Source: an uncultured Bacteroides sp. (GTDB lineage: Bacteria; Bacteroidota; Bacteroidia; Bacteroidales; Muribaculaceae). From it: DNA of 64,000 bases. The notes beneath the pieces were generated by a model. That model was not told where the DNA came from and ran no database searches. It saw only the letters and a list, made by a program, of their open reading frames with translations. A program made the position numbers and the translations under genes. Positions 9,725 to 20,482 of this stretch are shown here, in pieces (the first letter of the stretch is position 1; every line of letters starts with the position of its first letter). The DNA is taken from NCBI GenBank assembly GCA_964554665.1, contig CAZKPP010000003.1:5194-69193 (forward strand). Direction: 5' to 3'.

Positions 9725-9860
9725 AGTATAAATAGTAAAACAATAATTTATAGATTGGGAACGCTCCTGCGGGCTAATTGGTTCAGATGTTAAAGATTAT
9801 GAACCAAATAGACTGCGGAGGCGTTTAACTCTCAAACATAACTCAAAATTCTTTATCTTT

Positions 9861-10826
9861 ATGGACAAAACTATTACTCACGCACAAATCAAGGCTGCCG
9901 TTGAGGAGGCCTACAACGAGTGTAAAGGAATTACCGGCGGCCATAATGCCGACTACATTCCCTTTCTCGCCAACATCGACCCGAACCTTTTCGGCATCAG
10001 CGTAACCCTGCTCGACGGCACAGTAATTTCCGTCGGCGATACCGCCTATAAGTTCGGTATCGAGTCGGTTTCGAAAGTCCTCACCGCAATTCTGGTGCTT
10101 AAGCAAAAAGGTGCCGACGCAGTTTTGAAGCAGATTGGTGCAGATGCCACCGGTTTGCCCTTTAACTCTATTTTCGCTATTCTGCTGGAAAACGACCATC
10201 CCTCGACCCCGCTGGTAAATGCCGGCGCCATCACCGCCTGCTCTATGGTTGAGCCCGTTGGCGACTCCTGGGGCAAATGGGAGGCTATTATCAACAACAT
10301 CAAGGACCTTTGCGGCTCCGAAGCTCAGGTGCTCGACGAACTCTATCGCTCCGAAAGCGAAACCAACTTCAATAACCGCGCTATTGCATGGCTGCTGAAG
10401 AACTACAACCGAATTTACGACGATGTGCCCATGAGCCTCGACCTTTACACGCGTCAGTGCTCGGTAGGTATCACCGCCGAACAGCTTGCCATCTGCGCCG
10501 GTACGATTGCCAACGGCGGTAAGAACCCCGTAACCAACCAGCAGGTGTTCGCGCCCGAACTCGCCCCGAAAATCACTACCCTTATCTCTTCGGTAGGTTT
10601 CTATCAAAACACCGGCGACTGGCTTTATACCTCCGGTATCCCCGCAAAGAGCGGCGTGGGCGGCGGTGTGCTTGGCGTAATGCCCGGTGTTATGGGTATT
10701 GCCGCATTTGCTCCGCCATTGGATGCTGCCGGTAACTCCGTTAAGGCTCAGGCCGCAGTCAAGGCCGTTATGAATAAGCTCGGTCTGGGTGTGTTCAACG
10801 GCGACCGCGTAACCGTTACCGCTTAA
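9861..10826 (+). CDS. glsA: glutaminase A
   Basis: 321 aa. ADYIPFLANIDPNLFGISV, GIESVSKV (Ser-x-x-Lys) and IPAKSGVGGGVLGVMPG are characteristic of glutaminase. Confidence 0.9.
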   Translation: MDKTITHAQIKAAVEEAYNECKGITGGHNADYIPFLANIDPNLFGISVTLLDGTVISVGDTAYKFGIESVSKVLTAILVLKQKGADAVLKQIGADATGLPFNSIFAILLENDHPSTPLVNAGAITACSMVEPVGDSWGKWEAIINNIKDLCGSEAQVLDELYRSESETNFNNRAIAWLLKNYNRIYDDVPMSLDLYTRQCSVGITAEQLAICAGTIANGGKNPVTNQQVFAPELAPKITTLISSVGFYQNTGDWLYTSGIPAKSGVGGGVLGVMPGVMGIAAFAPPLDAAGNSVKAQAAVKAVMNKLGLGVFNGDRVTVTA

Positions 10827-10885
10827 TCCTCCCCTCGCGCGAATAATTCTCACTTTTCACTAACCCTTTAAACTCTACTATTATT

Positions 10886-12181
10886 ATGCAAATTAAAACC
10901 GGCAAGGGAACCATCTCTCTGATGGTTGTACTTGCAATATGGTCGCTTTCGCTTGCGGTTGACCTGCCCGGTCTGGCCGTAACGCCTATCGAGGGAAGCC
11001 TGCGCAGCATCTTTGCCGATGCCACCGACTTCAAGATTCAGTTGCTTACCGTGCTCCCCAACCTGGTGATTATCCCATTTGTGTTGCTTTCGGGTAAGCT
11101 TTCGGAATCGAAACATAAAATCGCCGTTATCGCAGCCGGTACAATCCTTTATCTGGCCGCAGGTGTGCTTTCGATTTTCACCAACTCGCTTAACATGTTG
11201 ATTTTCCTGAGCTGTCTGCTCGGCGCCGGTTGCGGTCTTATCCTGCCGTTCTCTACCGGTTTGATTGCCGATGTGTTTACCGGCAAATACCGTGTAAAGC
11301 AGATGGGTGTCATCTCGGCTATCGGTAATATCGCCCTGGTGCTCGCAACCTTCGCAGTTGGCTATCTTGTTGCCGGCGACCTGACCCACACATGGCATCG
11401 TGCCTTCTTCGTTTACCTGATTCCTGTGCTCTCGCTGGTTCTTATCCCCTTCCTCAAGGAGATTCCTAAGAGCGACTACGCACAGCCCGCAGCCACTAAC
11501 GATTCCACTTCAACCGCTGCCACAACCTCAACTCCCGCTGCTGTTCCCGCAGTTGATGCCGACGGCTTCTCAACCAAGGGCCAGAGCGTTAAGGGAGGTT
11601 TCTATGTAGGCCGTACGGTTTGGTTGCTTCTCGCCTATTTCTTCTTTGTGTTCGCAACCTGTATTCCGAGCTACTATCTGCCTAACTTCCATTGGATCAG
11701 CTCCGAAAATGCTTCGACCATGACTTCGGTGTTCTATGCCGCAATGTTTGTTGTAGGTTTGGCCCTGACTCCGGTTATGAAAGCTTTCAAGAGAACCACG
11801 TTTATTTTCGCTACCGCCTGCATTGTTGCCAGCTTCGCAATGTTTATCTTCGTTAAGGATTCCACCGCAGTTTATATTGCAGCTTGTGCCATTTGCGGTA
11901 TCGGTAACGGTATTGCCCAGCCTATCTTCTACACCAAGGCTACCGAAGTAGTTACCACCGACTCCAAGTCAACCCTTTCGCTGGCCTACCTGCAGGTTGC
12001 CAACTACGTGGCTATTTCGATGGTGCCTGTAATCATCAGCGCCGGTGAGAAGATTTTCCACACCACTTCGACCATGTTCCCCTTCATCTTCTCGGGCATT
12101 GCATGTGCCGCAGTTCTGCTGGTAGTCATCTTCCGCAGTCGCCACTTCGTATTCGGCATGTCGAAAAACTACTATGAATAA
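10886..12181 (+). CDS. MFS transporter
   Basis: 431 aa, 12 predicted helices in a 6+6 layout. The central loop is Thr/Ser/Ala-rich. Confidence 0.75.
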   Translation: MQIKTGKGTISLMVVLAIWSLSLAVDLPGLAVTPIEGSLRSIFADATDFKIQLLTVLPNLVIIPFVLLSGKLSESKHKIAVIAAGTILYLAAGVLSIFTNSLNMLIFLSCLLGAGCGLILPFSTGLIADVFTGKYRVKQMGVISAIGNIALVLATFAVGYLVAGDLTHTWHRAFFVYLIPVLSLVLIPFLKEIPKSDYAQPAATNDSTSTAATTSTPAAVPAVDADGFSTKGQSVKGGFYVGRTVWLLLAYFFFVFATCIPSYYLPNFHWISSENASTMTSVFYAAMFVVGLALTPVMKAFKRTTFIFATACIVASFAMFIFVKDSTAVYIAACAICGIGNGIAQPIFYTKATEVVTTDSKSTLSLAYLQVANYVAISMVPVIISAGEKIFHTTSTMFPFIFSGIACAAVLLVVIFRSRHFVFGMSKNYYE

Positions 12182-12211
12182 TCTCATACTACTAATTACT
12201 AACTATTAACT

Positions 12212-13243
12212 ATGGCTAACACTCCAAAAATACTTATTATCTACACCGGCGGCACGATCGGCATGGTCGAAACCGCCAATGGCCTTCAGCCTTTCGATTT
12301 CTCTCACCTGATGGACAATGTGCCTAAGGTCGGCCAGCTCGGCTATCAGATTGAATCGGTTCAGTTCCCGCAGCCTATCGACTCGTCGAACATGAATCCT
12401 ACCTACTGGAACCAGATCGTTAAGGATATTGCCGACCGCTACGATGAATTCGACGGCTTTGTTATCCTCCACGGCACCGATACCATGGCTTACACCGCTT
12501 CAGCCCTGTCGTTCATGTTGCGTGACCTGCGAAAGCCGGTTGTCATTACCGGTTCGCAGCTCCCTATCGGCGACACCCGCGAAGATGGCACCGAAAACCT
12601 GATTTCGGCCCTGCAGGTTGCTGCCGCCAAGGATGAAAACGGTGACCCGATGATTCAGGAAGTCGTTATCTCCTTCCAGGACTACATTGTTCGCGGTTGC
12701 CGGTCAACCAAGTTCACCTCAACAGGTTTCCATGCCTTCAAGAGCTTCAACTACCCGGTGCTCGGCACCATTGACTTGCACATTGACTACAACCGTCCGT
12801 ACCTGATGCGCCACTCGACGCAGCTGCCGCTCAACCCGTTCTATTCCATGGACCCGAACATTCTGGTTATGTGGCTCTATCCAGGCATTACCGAGGATGT
12901 TGTTAAGTCTCAGCTGGCAACTCCGGGTATCAAGGCCGTTATTCTGCGCACGTTCGGTGCCGGCAATGCCCCGACCGAACAGTGGTTCCTCAACGACCTG
13001 GCCGATGCGGTTTCGCGCGGGCTGATAATCTACAATGTTACCCAGTGTCTCAATGGCGGCGACGAACAGAAGCGCTACTACACCGGCGATATGCTTGCCA
13101 AGGCCGGCGTCATTTCCGGCTACGACATCACCGTAGAGGCTGCCGTCACCAAGATGATGTATCTGCTCGGCAGCGGCCTGACCAAGGATGAAATCGTTAA
13201 GTATCTGACAACCTCGATTGTCGGTGAAATGACCGTTGACTAA
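12212..13243 (+). CDS. ansA: L-asparaginase, type I (cytoplasmic)
   Basis: 343 aa. ILIIYTGGTIGM catalytic Thr motif and HGTDTMAYTASAL. Confidence 0.9.
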   Translation: MANTPKILIIYTGGTIGMVETANGLQPFDFSHLMDNVPKVGQLGYQIESVQFPQPIDSSNMNPTYWNQIVKDIADRYDEFDGFVILHGTDTMAYTASALSFMLRDLRKPVVITGSQLPIGDTREDGTENLISALQVAAAKDENGDPMIQEVVISFQDYIVRGCRSTKFTSTGFHAFKSFNYPVLGTIDLHIDYNRPYLMRHSTQLPLNPFYSMDPNILVMWLYPGITEDVVKSQLATPGIKAVILRTFGAGNAPTEQWFLNDLADAVSRGLIIYNVTQCLNGGDEQKRYYTGDMLAKAGVISGYDITVEAAVTKMMYLLGSGLTKDEIVKYLTTSIVGEMTVD

Positions 13244-13266
13244 TCCGTAAACTCTCTGAATAATTC

Positions 13267-13310
13267 AGGAGGTAAACACTCGCGAAAAGTGTTTACCTCC
13301 TGTTGATTTT
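13267..13310. terminator. hairpin terminator between convergent ansA and fumarase genes
   Basis: 14-bp perfect stem aggaggtaaacact (13267..13280) pairs with agtgtttacctcct (13288..13301). 7-nt loop, followed by gttgattttta on the plus strand. Confidence 0.7.
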
Positions 13311-13329
13311 TATGGGTTCGGGCCCGGTG

Positions 13330-14976
13330 TTACTTGGCTATGGGGCAGCCGGCACATTTGGCCTGGATTTCGGTGAAGAAGTCGTTGCCCTTGTCGTCAA
13401 CCAGAATGAAAGCGGGGAAGTTTTCAACCTCGATTTTCCAGATGGCTTCCATGCCGAGTTCGGGATATTCGAGCAGTTCAACTTTTTTGATGGAGTTTGC
13501 TGCCAGAACTGCGGCCGGGCCGCCGATAGAGCCGAGATAGAAGCCGCCATGTTTCTTGCAGGCATCGGTAACCTGCTTTGAGCGGTTGCCCTTGGCAATC
13601 ATAATCATAGAGCCACCTGCGCTCTGGAACTGGTCAACGTAGGAGTCCATGCGGCCGGCGGTTGTGGGGCCGAACGAGCCTGAGGGCATGCCTTCGGGGG
13701 TTTTGGCGGGGCCGGCATAGTAAATGGGGTGGTCTTTGAGGTATTGGGGCATAGGTTCGCCCTTGTCGAGGCGTTCTTTGATTTTGGCGTGGGCAATGTC
13801 GCGGCCAACAATGATGGTGCCTTTGAGCGACAGGCGGGTCGATACCGGATATTTGGTCAGTTCGGCCAGCACTTCCTCCATCGGGCGGTTCAGGTCTATG
13901 TTGACAACTTCGCCTTCGCCGGCATTGCGCATTTCTTCGGGAATCAGTTCGCCGGGGTTGGAGTCGAGTTTTTCAATCCAGAGACCCTGGGCATTGATTT
14001 TGGCCTTGACGTTGCGGTCGGCCGAGCAGCTTACGCCCATGCCGATGGGGCAGCTTGCGCCGTGGCGCGGCAGGCGGATAACGCGGATGTCGTGGGCATA
14101 ATATTTGCCGCCGAACTGTGCGCCCAGGCCGATTTTGCGTGAGGCTTCGAGCAGTTCTTTTTCGAGTTCGATGTCGCGGAAAGCGTGGCCGAGCTCATTG
14201 CCCTGGGTGGGCAGGTTGTCGAGATACTTAACCGATGCTTTCTTAACAACTTCGAGGTTCTTTTCGGCCGATGTGCCGCCGATAACGAAGGCAATGTGGT
14301 AGGGAGGACACGCGGCGGTGCCGAGAGTCTTCATTTTTTCAACCAGGAAGGGCACCAGGGTCTTGGGGTTGATAATGGCCTTGGTTTCCTGATAGAGATA
14401 TGTTTTGTTGGCAGAGCCGCCGCCTTTGGCTACGAACAGGAACTTGTATTCGTTGCCTTCGGTTGCATGGATGTCGATTTGCGCCGGGAGGTTGCAGCCG
14501 GTGTTTACTTCGTCATACATGTTCAGCGGGGCGTTCTGTGAGTAGCGCAGGTTATCTTCGGTGTAGGTTTTATAAACGCCGTGGCTCAGTTTTTCTTCGT
14601 CGTTGCAGCCGGTCCACACGTGCTGGCCTTTTTCGCCGTGAATAATGGCGGTGCCGGTGTCCTGACAGAAAGGAAGCTGGCCTTTGGCCGCGATTTCGGC
14701 GTTGCGGAGCATGGTCAGGGCCACGAATTTATCATTGGCCGATGCTTCGGGGTCATGAAGAATCTTGGCTACCATTTCGTTGTGTTCGCGGCGCAACATA
14801 AAGGAGTTATCGTGGGTTGCCTGACGGGCAAGTACGGTCAATGCTTCGGGGTCGACAACGAGTATTTCGTGGCCGTTCCAGTTTTCAACTTTAACGTAGT
14901 CGGAGGTCAGGTGGTAATACTCGGTGGTGTCGGGGCCGAGCGGAAACATTTCCTGATATTTGAAGGGTTTGGTCAT
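13330..14976 (-). CDS. fumB: fumarate hydratase, class I (Fe-S dependent)
   Basis: 548 aa. [12 protein letters not shown], the fused alpha/beta layout and a C-terminal GPTTAGRMD-type region are typical of class I fumarases. Confidence 0.9.
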   Translation of the reverse strand: MTKPFKYQEMFPLGPDTTEYYHLTSDYVKVENWNGHEILVVDPEALTVLARQATHDNSFMLRREHNEMVAKILHDPEASANDKFVALTMLRNAEIAAKGQLPFCQDTGTAIIHGEKGQHVWTGCNDEEKLSHGVYKTYTEDNLRYSQNAPLNMYDEVNTGCNLPAQIDIHATEGNEYKFLFVAKGGGSANKTYLYQETKAIINPKTLVPFLVEKMKTLGTAACPPYHIAFVIGGTSAEKNLEVVKKASVKYLDNLPTQGNELGHAFRDIELEKELLEASRKIGLGAQFGGKYYAHDIRVIRLPRHGASCPIGMGVSCSADRNVKAKINAQGLWIEKLDSNPGELIPEEMRNAGEGEVVNIDLNRPMEEVLAELTKYPVSTRLSLKGTIIVGRDIAHAKIKERLDKGEPMPQYLKDHPIYYAGPAKTPEGMPSGSFGPTTAGRMDSYVDQFQSAGGSMIMIAKGNRSKQVTDACKKHGGFYLGSIGGPAAVLAANSIKKVELLEYPELGMEAIWKIEVENFPAFILVDDKGNDFFTEIQAKCAGCPIAK

Positions 14977-14993
14977 AAGAGATATGATGGTTT

Positions 14994-15695
14994 TTAGAAG
15001 TTATATCCAATTGTGAATTGCCATTCGCGGTTATAGGCCGCTTTGATGGCTTCGCGGTCTTGGGCCAGATTGCGTGCGCCCAAAAGATAGTGGGCGCCAA
15101 CATAGTAGTGGTCGGCAATCAGCAGGCCAACGCCCATGTCGAAGCCCCAGTCGAGGTTGATATAGCGGCCCTTCTGGCCGAAGGCATCTTCAATAATGTC
15201 GATTGTTTCCGAATAGTCATCGCCCTCAAAAACGGATGTGGTATATTTGTCGCGGCCTCCCAAGCCCATTGAAATGTAAGGTCCGAAATCGAACTGGAAC
15301 TCAATGAAAGTAATCGGGATGCGATAGGAAACCAACATCGGAACGTGGAACCAGCTGGTGGAAACAGAACCTTCGGTAATTACGATTGCGTCATCTTCGA
15401 GCGGGGGAAGAGTGGCCGCCGTTACAGTGTAGGTGTCGTGGCGATAGTCGTAGTAGAACCCCGGCGAAAGAAAGAAGCGTTTACCCATCGGTATGTCAAC
15501 GATTGCTCCTAAAGTCAGACCGGGTTTCCAGTTTTTGGCGTGGTCCATAATGACTGCGGATGCCGTGCGTGTTTCGGTAATGTTAGATGTGTTTAAGCCG
15601 GCACGTACGCCAACTCTGATTGGCATGTCACCTGCGTGAGCTGCGCCGCAGGCAAGCGATAATGTGAAAGATAGGATAAGGTGTTTGAGTTTCAT
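14994..15695 (-). CDS. small outer-membrane beta-barrel protein (PorT/OMP_b-brl_2-like)
   Basis: 233 aa with a signal peptide. [13 protein letters not shown] start and aromatic C-terminus FTIGYNF. Confidence 0.6.
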   Translation of the reverse strand: MKLKHLILSFTLSLACGAAHAGDMPIRVGVRAGLNTSNITETRTASAVIMDHAKNWKPGLTLGAIVDIPMGKRFFLSPGFYYDYRHDTYTVTAATLPPLEDDAIVITEGSVSTSWFHVPMLVSYRIPITFIEFQFDFGPYISMGLGGRDKYTTSVFEGDDYSETIDIIEDAFGQKGRYINLDWGFDMGVGLLIADHYYVGAHYLLGARNLAQDREAIKAAYNREWQFTIGYNF

Positions 15696-15763
15696 AGCGC
15701 AAAAATAATACTTTTTCGTGAAACCGACAAATTCTTTTGTTTTGTTGTGTGGAAATTATTTCG

Positions 15764-15771
15764 TAATTTTG
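15764..15771 (+). promoter_or_regulatory. -7 promoter box TAATTTTG for the ABC-F gene
   Basis: Exact TAnnTTTG, 15 nt upstream of the ATG at 15786. Confidence 0.5.
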
Positions 15772-15785
15772 CATTGTTAAGATTT

Positions 15786-17534
15786 ATGGCTGTTACACCT
15801 TATATAAATATAGAGAAGCTCACCAAGAGCTACGGCGACAGAATGCTGTTTGCCGACGTTACCTTTGGCATTAACCGCGGCGACAAAATCGGGCTGATTG
15901 CCAAGAATGGCACCGGCAAAACCACTATGCTGCGCATTATTGCCGGTTTGGAAGATGCCGATTCCGGCACCGTAACCTGTCGCGCGGGGCTGAAAATTGC
16001 TCTGGTTGAGCAGAAACCCGATTTTGGCGGCGCCGACGCTACGCCGCTCAGCGCCTGCGCCGGCTTTGGCAGCGAAGAGGCCACCCGAATGCTAACCCAG
16101 TTGGGCGTGGAGGATGTTAACGCGCCGATGGCCACAATGTCGGGCGGCCAGCAAAAGCGAGTGGCCATTGCGCGCGCCCTGCTTTCCGAGCCTGACCTGC
16201 TGATTCTCGATGAGCCCACAAACCACCTCGACATTCAGGTTATCGAGTGGCTCGAAGCGCGGCTTACGCGCTCGGCGGCAACGATTCTGCTGGTTACTCA
16301 CGACCGTTATTTCCTGGATCGCGTCTGCAACAAAATCATAGAAATCGACCTTGAGCAGATTTTTACTTATAAGGGTAACTATGCCGAATATCTGCGCCGC
16401 CGGCAGGAGCGCATCGAGGCGCTGACAGGCGAACTGGCCAAGGTGCGCAACACCCTGCGCAAGGAGCAGGAATGGATGAACCGCCAGCCGCAGGCCCGCG
16501 CCGGCAAAGCCAAGTTTCGCATCGACGCTTTCTATGAACTCAAGAGCCGTTCGCGCCAAAAAGTTACTGATTCGACCGACGCCGTGCAGTTGTCGGTCAA
16601 CGCGTCGCGCATAGGCAACAAAATTTTCGAGGCCGAAGGCGTTACCAAACATTTTGGCGACAAGTGCGTGCTCGACGACTTTACTTACACCTTTGCCCGC
16701 TACGACAAGGTGGGCATTGTCGGCCCCAACGGCGTTGGCAAGTCAACCTTCATTAAGATGCTTCAGGGCATAGTCAAGCCCGACAGCGGCCGGTTTGACA
16801 TCGGCGACACCGTTAGATTCGGCTATTACTCACAGGAGGGCCTGCAGCTGCCGCGCGAAAAAAAGGTTATCGACGCAGTGACCGACATTGCCGAAGATAT
16901 TGTGCTTGAAGGGGGTGAGCGCCATTCGCCCATGCAGTTCCTGCAAAAGTTTCTGTTTTCGCCCAAGGATCAGCAGAAGTATATCCATACGCTCAGCGGC
17001 GGCGAGCAGGCGCGTCTGCACTTGGCTGTTACGTTGATGCGCTCGCCCAACTTTTTGATTCTCGACGAACCGACCAACGACCTCGATATCGTTACCCTCG
17101 GGTTGCTTGAAGAGTATCTGAGTGACTTTAAGGGTTGCCTTATGGTCGTTAGCCACGACCGCTATTTCCTCGACAATATGGTTGACCACCTGTTTGTTTT
17201 CACCGGCAATGGCGTAGTGAAGGATTTCCCCGGAAATTACTCTGACTATCGGCGCTGGCAGGCCGAAATGGATGCGGCGGTTGAGAAGCCCGCTGCTGAG
17301 AAGAAAGTCAAACCCAAGACCGATAAGCCGCGCAAGCTCTCGTTTAAAGAGAAAAAGAGAATGGAAGAGCTCGAAGCGTTGATTGAAAAGCTCACCGCCG
17401 AGAAAGAGGAACTCGAAGCGCTGTTTGCCTCGGGGATTGCCGACGATATAGAAAGCAAGTCAGCCCGTTATTCGGAGGTGAAAAACGAGCTTGACGATGC
17501 TGAACTCGAATGGCTTGAACTGTCGGAAATTTAA
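15786..17534 (+). CDS. ABC-F family ATPase (Uup-like, two cassettes plus coiled-coil tail)
   Basis: 582 aa from the ATG at 15786 (the track ORF starts at 15681 inside the promoter region). Walker A KNGTGKTT and GPNGVGKST, signatures MSGGQ and LSGGE, charged C-terminal coiled coil. Confidence 0.9.
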   Translation: MAVTPYINIEKLTKSYGDRMLFADVTFGINRGDKIGLIAKNGTGKTTMLRIIAGLEDADSGTVTCRAGLKIALVEQKPDFGGADATPLSACAGFGSEEATRMLTQLGVEDVNAPMATMSGGQQKRVAIARALLSEPDLLILDEPTNHLDIQVIEWLEARLTRSAATILLVTHDRYFLDRVCNKIIEIDLEQIFTYKGNYAEYLRRRQERIEALTGELAKVRNTLRKEQEWMNRQPQARAGKAKFRIDAFYELKSRSRQKVTDSTDAVQLSVNASRIGNKIFEAEGVTKHFGDKCVLDDFTYTFARYDKVGIVGPNGVGKSTFIKMLQGIVKPDSGRFDIGDTVRFGYYSQEGLQLPREKKVIDAVTDIAEDIVLEGGERHSPMQFLQKFLFSPKDQQKYIHTLSGGEQARLHLAVTLMRSPNFLILDEPTNDLDIVTLGLLEEYLSDFKGCLMVVSHDRYFLDNMVDHLFVFTGNGVVKDFPGNYSDYRRWQAEMDAAVEKPAAEKKVKPKTDKPRKLSFKEKKRMEELEALIEKLTAEKEELEALFASGIADDIESKSARYSEVKNELDDAELEWLELSEI

Positions 17535-19255
17535 ATGTGGTTCAGGCGTTCGAGGCGCTGGAAGTCTTCGGTAGTGAAGCCTGCCTGATGAAGATTTTGC
17601 GCTTTGTTGCGGTCTGACAGAAATACGCGTTCTTCGGGCTCGGAGTAGTGTTTCGACGTAAGTGCCTTGGTGCGGTCAACGTCGGGCGACTGAATGCCGG
17701 CGATGCTCAGCAGGGTGGGGGTGTAGCTCTGCGATGAGCTTACCTCGTTATTCTGATGCAGGCGAGCCTGGTTGATGAGCGAGGGGTCGCGGTGCTGCAG
17801 TTTCGGGGTCATGTAAACAATCATCGGCACGTGGAGCTGGAAGTAGGTCGGAGTGGGCGACGCGTGGAGGAACCGCGAGCGGGCATCGTCGAAAATATCT
17901 TCGCCATGGTCCGAGGCATAAACCATGCCGCCTACGCAGTTGATTGAGTCGAGGCGCTCAATGATGTTGTAGAGCAGATTGTCGGTGTGGCGTATGGAGT
18001 TATCGTAGGCGTTTACAAGCTGGCCGCGGTTGGCGGCGCCGGCGTCGGCGGTTTTGTCGGGAAGGAAGAAGGCTTCTTCGCGCGGATAGCGGTCTACGTA
18101 GTTGAAATGCGAACCGTATTGGTGGAGCACCACAAGGAGCTTGGTGTCGTCCTGAGTCAGCAGCGAATCAAGCTGTGCGAGCATGTCGCAGTCATAGAAC
18201 CCTTCAACTATTTCGCCGGGCTGAGGCTCGCGCACAAAGATTGTGGTGTCGGCTTCCTCGCCGAAGTAGTCGATATAAGAGTGGTTGCGGCACTGCATGG
18301 AAATATAGGCGGTTTTGAATCCGGCCTCCTTGAAGGCGGTGATAACCGATTTGCTTTCGTTGATTTTATTGTCGAAGTTTTCAGCGGTGAGGTTCGACAG
18401 CAGCAGAGGCACGGCTTTGTGGGTGGTGTTGCTTTCCGAGAAAGTTTTGCCGAAGCCGGTAATTGTGCCTGCGGGCAGCGAGCAGAGGCGGGGGGTGGTG
18501 AAGCGGTCGTAGCCGAAAAACTGCCAGTTGTCGGCGCGCGATGTTTCGCCAACCACTGCAACGTAGACCTCGCGGAGATTATCCGGGCGGGTAGAGTGGG
18601 CGTGGTATGTGGCGTCGCTGCTTGTGTCGAAATATCTGGCCGAAGTGTGGGCGCGGGTAACGGCCGTTGACAGGTTGGCGAGAACGTTTACGGGATAGAG
18701 GTCTTCGTCGATGCTGTAGTAAGGTTCTTCAAGAATGCAGGCGCCGGTTACTATGGCTCCGCTTACGCTCAGAAGCATTGCGGTGGTGCGGAAACGGTTG
18801 AGGGTGCGGTCAGAAGTCCTTACCTTTTTAACCATGCAGACTATTGCCAGAACAATCACCGGCAGATAGAGGGCAACCACGGTGGCGATTGCCGGGCCGA
18901 GATTATCGAGCAGCTCGCCGGCTTCGGAGGGGTTGGTTGTGGCAACGTTGAGAAACATGTCAACGCCGATAATCGAGCCGTCGGCATAGAGAAAGAGCAA
19001 AACAATCTGAAATGCCGCAAGAACCATAAAGGGGAGCAGCCAAAGAACATTCGACCCCGGGCGATTGCGCCAGGTGAGCAAAAATACCAGAATGCCGGCC
19101 GGTAAGAGGATGTTGGCCCCGGCTTCGAGCAGCGTGAAGTGGCCCATGATGCTCAATGCCACGTTGGGGATAATGAGTACTGCAATGGTGAGAATAATCA
19201 ATACTCGTGCGAGTATGGCATTCGTTGATGAATTGTTTTTGTCAGAATGCTTCAT
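17531..19255 (-). CDS. phosphoethanolamine transferase (EptA-like; membrane-anchored sulfatase-fold enzyme)
   Basis: 574 aa. N-terminal multi-helix membrane domain plus a sulfatase-type domain (VVGETSRADNW, LVVLHQYGSHFNYVDRYP, YASDHGE). Confidence 0.75.
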   Translation of the reverse strand: MKHSDKNNSSTNAILARVLIILTIAVLIIPNVALSIMGHFTLLEAGANILLPAGILVFLLTWRNRPGSNVLWLLPFMVLAAFQIVLLFLYADGSIIGVDMFLNVATTNPSEAGELLDNLGPAIATVVALYLPVIVLAIVCMVKKVRTSDRTLNRFRTTAMLLSVSGAIVTGACILEEPYYSIDEDLYPVNVLANLSTAVTRAHTSARYFDTSSDATYHAHSTRPDNLREVYVAVVGETSRADNWQFFGYDRFTTPRLCSLPAGTITGFGKTFSESNTTHKAVPLLLSNLTAENFDNKINESKSVITAFKEAGFKTAYISMQCRNHSYIDYFGEEADTTIFVREPQPGEIVEGFYDCDMLAQLDSLLTQDDTKLLVVLHQYGSHFNYVDRYPREEAFFLPDKTADAGAANRGQLVNAYDNSIRHTDNLLYNIIERLDSINCVGGMVYASDHGEDIFDDARSRFLHASPTPTYFQLHVPMIVYMTPKLQHRDPSLINQARLHQNNEVSSSQSYTPTLLSIAGIQSPDVDRTKALTSKHYSEPEERVFLSDRNKAQNLHQAGFTTEDFQRLERLNHI

Positions 19256-20393
19256 TGATGCTGAATACTAAACCGTTTTGATCCTGGCCGAAACCGTAGT
19301 CGACCCTTACGTTAACTCTATGTTTGAACTCCCAGCGGATGCCTACGCCGGCATTCCAGAGAGCGTGACCTTTAAATATCATTCGGGGTTTGGCAAACAC
19401 TTCGCCTACGCCGCCCCAGACCACGGCACCGAAGCGGCGCCACACGTGCTGGCGAAGTTCTACGCACACTTCGGCGGCACACTTGTCGTTATATCTGCCT
19501 TCCCAGTAGCCGCGCATTGAGCTTGAACCACCCAAAACCGACATCATGCCCCAGGGGGTGTCGCCGTAGGTCATGCGCATGTGCATGTTGGTTGCCATAA
19601 CGCCGCCTTTCCAGAGGGGGGTGTAGAAGTTAAAGGTGCCTTCGGTTGCCGAAAAAGCATATTGGTTGCCCATAAACTTGGGGGCGAAGCTTTGGTCGAG
19701 TCTGAAGTATAGGCCTTCGTAGGCGTTGTAGACGTTATCGCGGGTGTCAACAACCAGGCTTACGCCCCAAAGGTCGGTGAAAGTGCGGCGTTTCTGATAG
19801 TCCCAGAGCTGGGCGTCGGGTCGGTTTTTGGCGTCGAAGTAGGCCAGGTCGATAACCGGACCCATGTAGACGGGCGATTCGCCGAGGCGGAACAGTGCGG
19901 CCAGGTTGCCCTTGGCGGTCCATTTTTTGTAGTTGACCATAAGGTCGTTGTTGTGGTTCTGAGCGTAACCTATGCCCCAGTAGCGGTCGGGCTGCGACGA
20001 AAAGTAAATGTCGTAGTAGAGCCAGATGCGGTCGCCTTTGAAATAGCTGGAGCCGTCGATGCCGACTTTGTAGTAGCCGGTAATGGACGCGTCGCCGTAG
20101 AGGCTGAACTGCGAGGCGGGGCTGATGGTGTCGTTGAGGTCGCGGTGATAAATGCCGGCGGCAACAAGGCCGATGCCGAATTTGGTATCCTGCGAGTAGT
20201 ATGGTCCGCCTATAATGCTGAAATCAAGCTTTTTGGCGGGCTTTACGTCGTTTGAGCCATCGAAGTAGTCAAGAACTTTCTGAACGATGTTCTTTTTGGG
20301 TGCGGGGGTGATAACCGCGGTGCTATCGGTCTGGGCGCCGGCCAAGAGTCCTATAGCAGACATGCATAATGTAATAAAATATTTCTTTACCAC
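19242..20393 (-). CDS. Omp85/BamA-TamA family outer-membrane barrel without POTRA domains
   Basis: 383 aa. GGSSSMRGY and RVDYGFG motifs and C-terminal SINEAF. The start at 20393 is GTG, which gives a good signal peptide (MVKKYFITLCMSAIGLLAGAQ). Overlaps the downstream ept-like gene by 14 nt. Confidence 0.65.
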   Translation of the reverse strand: MVKKYFITLCMSAIGLLAGAQTDSTAVITPAPKKNIVQKVLDYFDGSNDVKPAKKLDFSIIGGPYYSQDTKFGIGLVAAGIYHRDLNDTISPASQFSLYGDASITGYYKVGIDGSSYFKGDRIWLYYDIYFSSQPDRYWGIGYAQNHNNDLMVNYKKWTAKGNLAALFRLGESPVYMGPVIDLAYFDAKNRPDAQLWDYQKRRTFTDLWGVSLVVDTRDNVYNAYEGLYFRLDQSFAPKFMGNQYAFSATEGTFNFYTPLWKGGVMATNMHMRMTYGDTPWGMMSVLGGSSSMRGYWEGRYNDKCAAEVCVELRQHVWRRFGAVVWGGVGEVFAKPRMIFKGHALWNAGVGIRWEFKHRVNVRVDYGFGQDQNGLVFSINEAF

Positions 20394-20418
20394 GGTTGAA
20401 ACGATAATAATAGTAGTG

Positions 20419-20457
20419 AAAACTGCAGAACGAAACTATTTTTCGCCCTGCAGTTTT
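20419..20457 (-). terminator. hairpin after the porU-like gene
   Basis: 10-bp inverted repeat aaaactgcag / ctgcagtttt with a 19-nt loop, 26 nt downstream of the stop at 20483. Confidence 0.4.
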
Positions 20458-20482
20458 ATAACGCTTCAGCTGTGGAAATGGT

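Noticed and set aside
9778-9807. 8-bp hairpin ttggttca/tgaaccaa in the porin/glsA divergent intergenic region, considered as a regulatory element or riboswitch fragment.
   Set aside because: The stem is short with a 14-nt loop, has no flanking conserved structure, and I could place no clear promoter box relative to it. The evidence is insufficient.
9843-10853. 336-aa minus-strand ORF.
   Set aside because: It is fully antisense to glsA, whose product has clear glutaminase motifs. This is a shadow ORF.
19242-20393. Gene downstream of porU considered as PorV, the usual porU neighbour.
   Set aside because: The sequence shows Omp85/Bac_surface_Ag motifs (GGSSSMRGY, RVDYGFG, C-terminal F) and not the FadL-like PorV pattern. 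I call it a POTRA-less BamA/TamA-family barrel.
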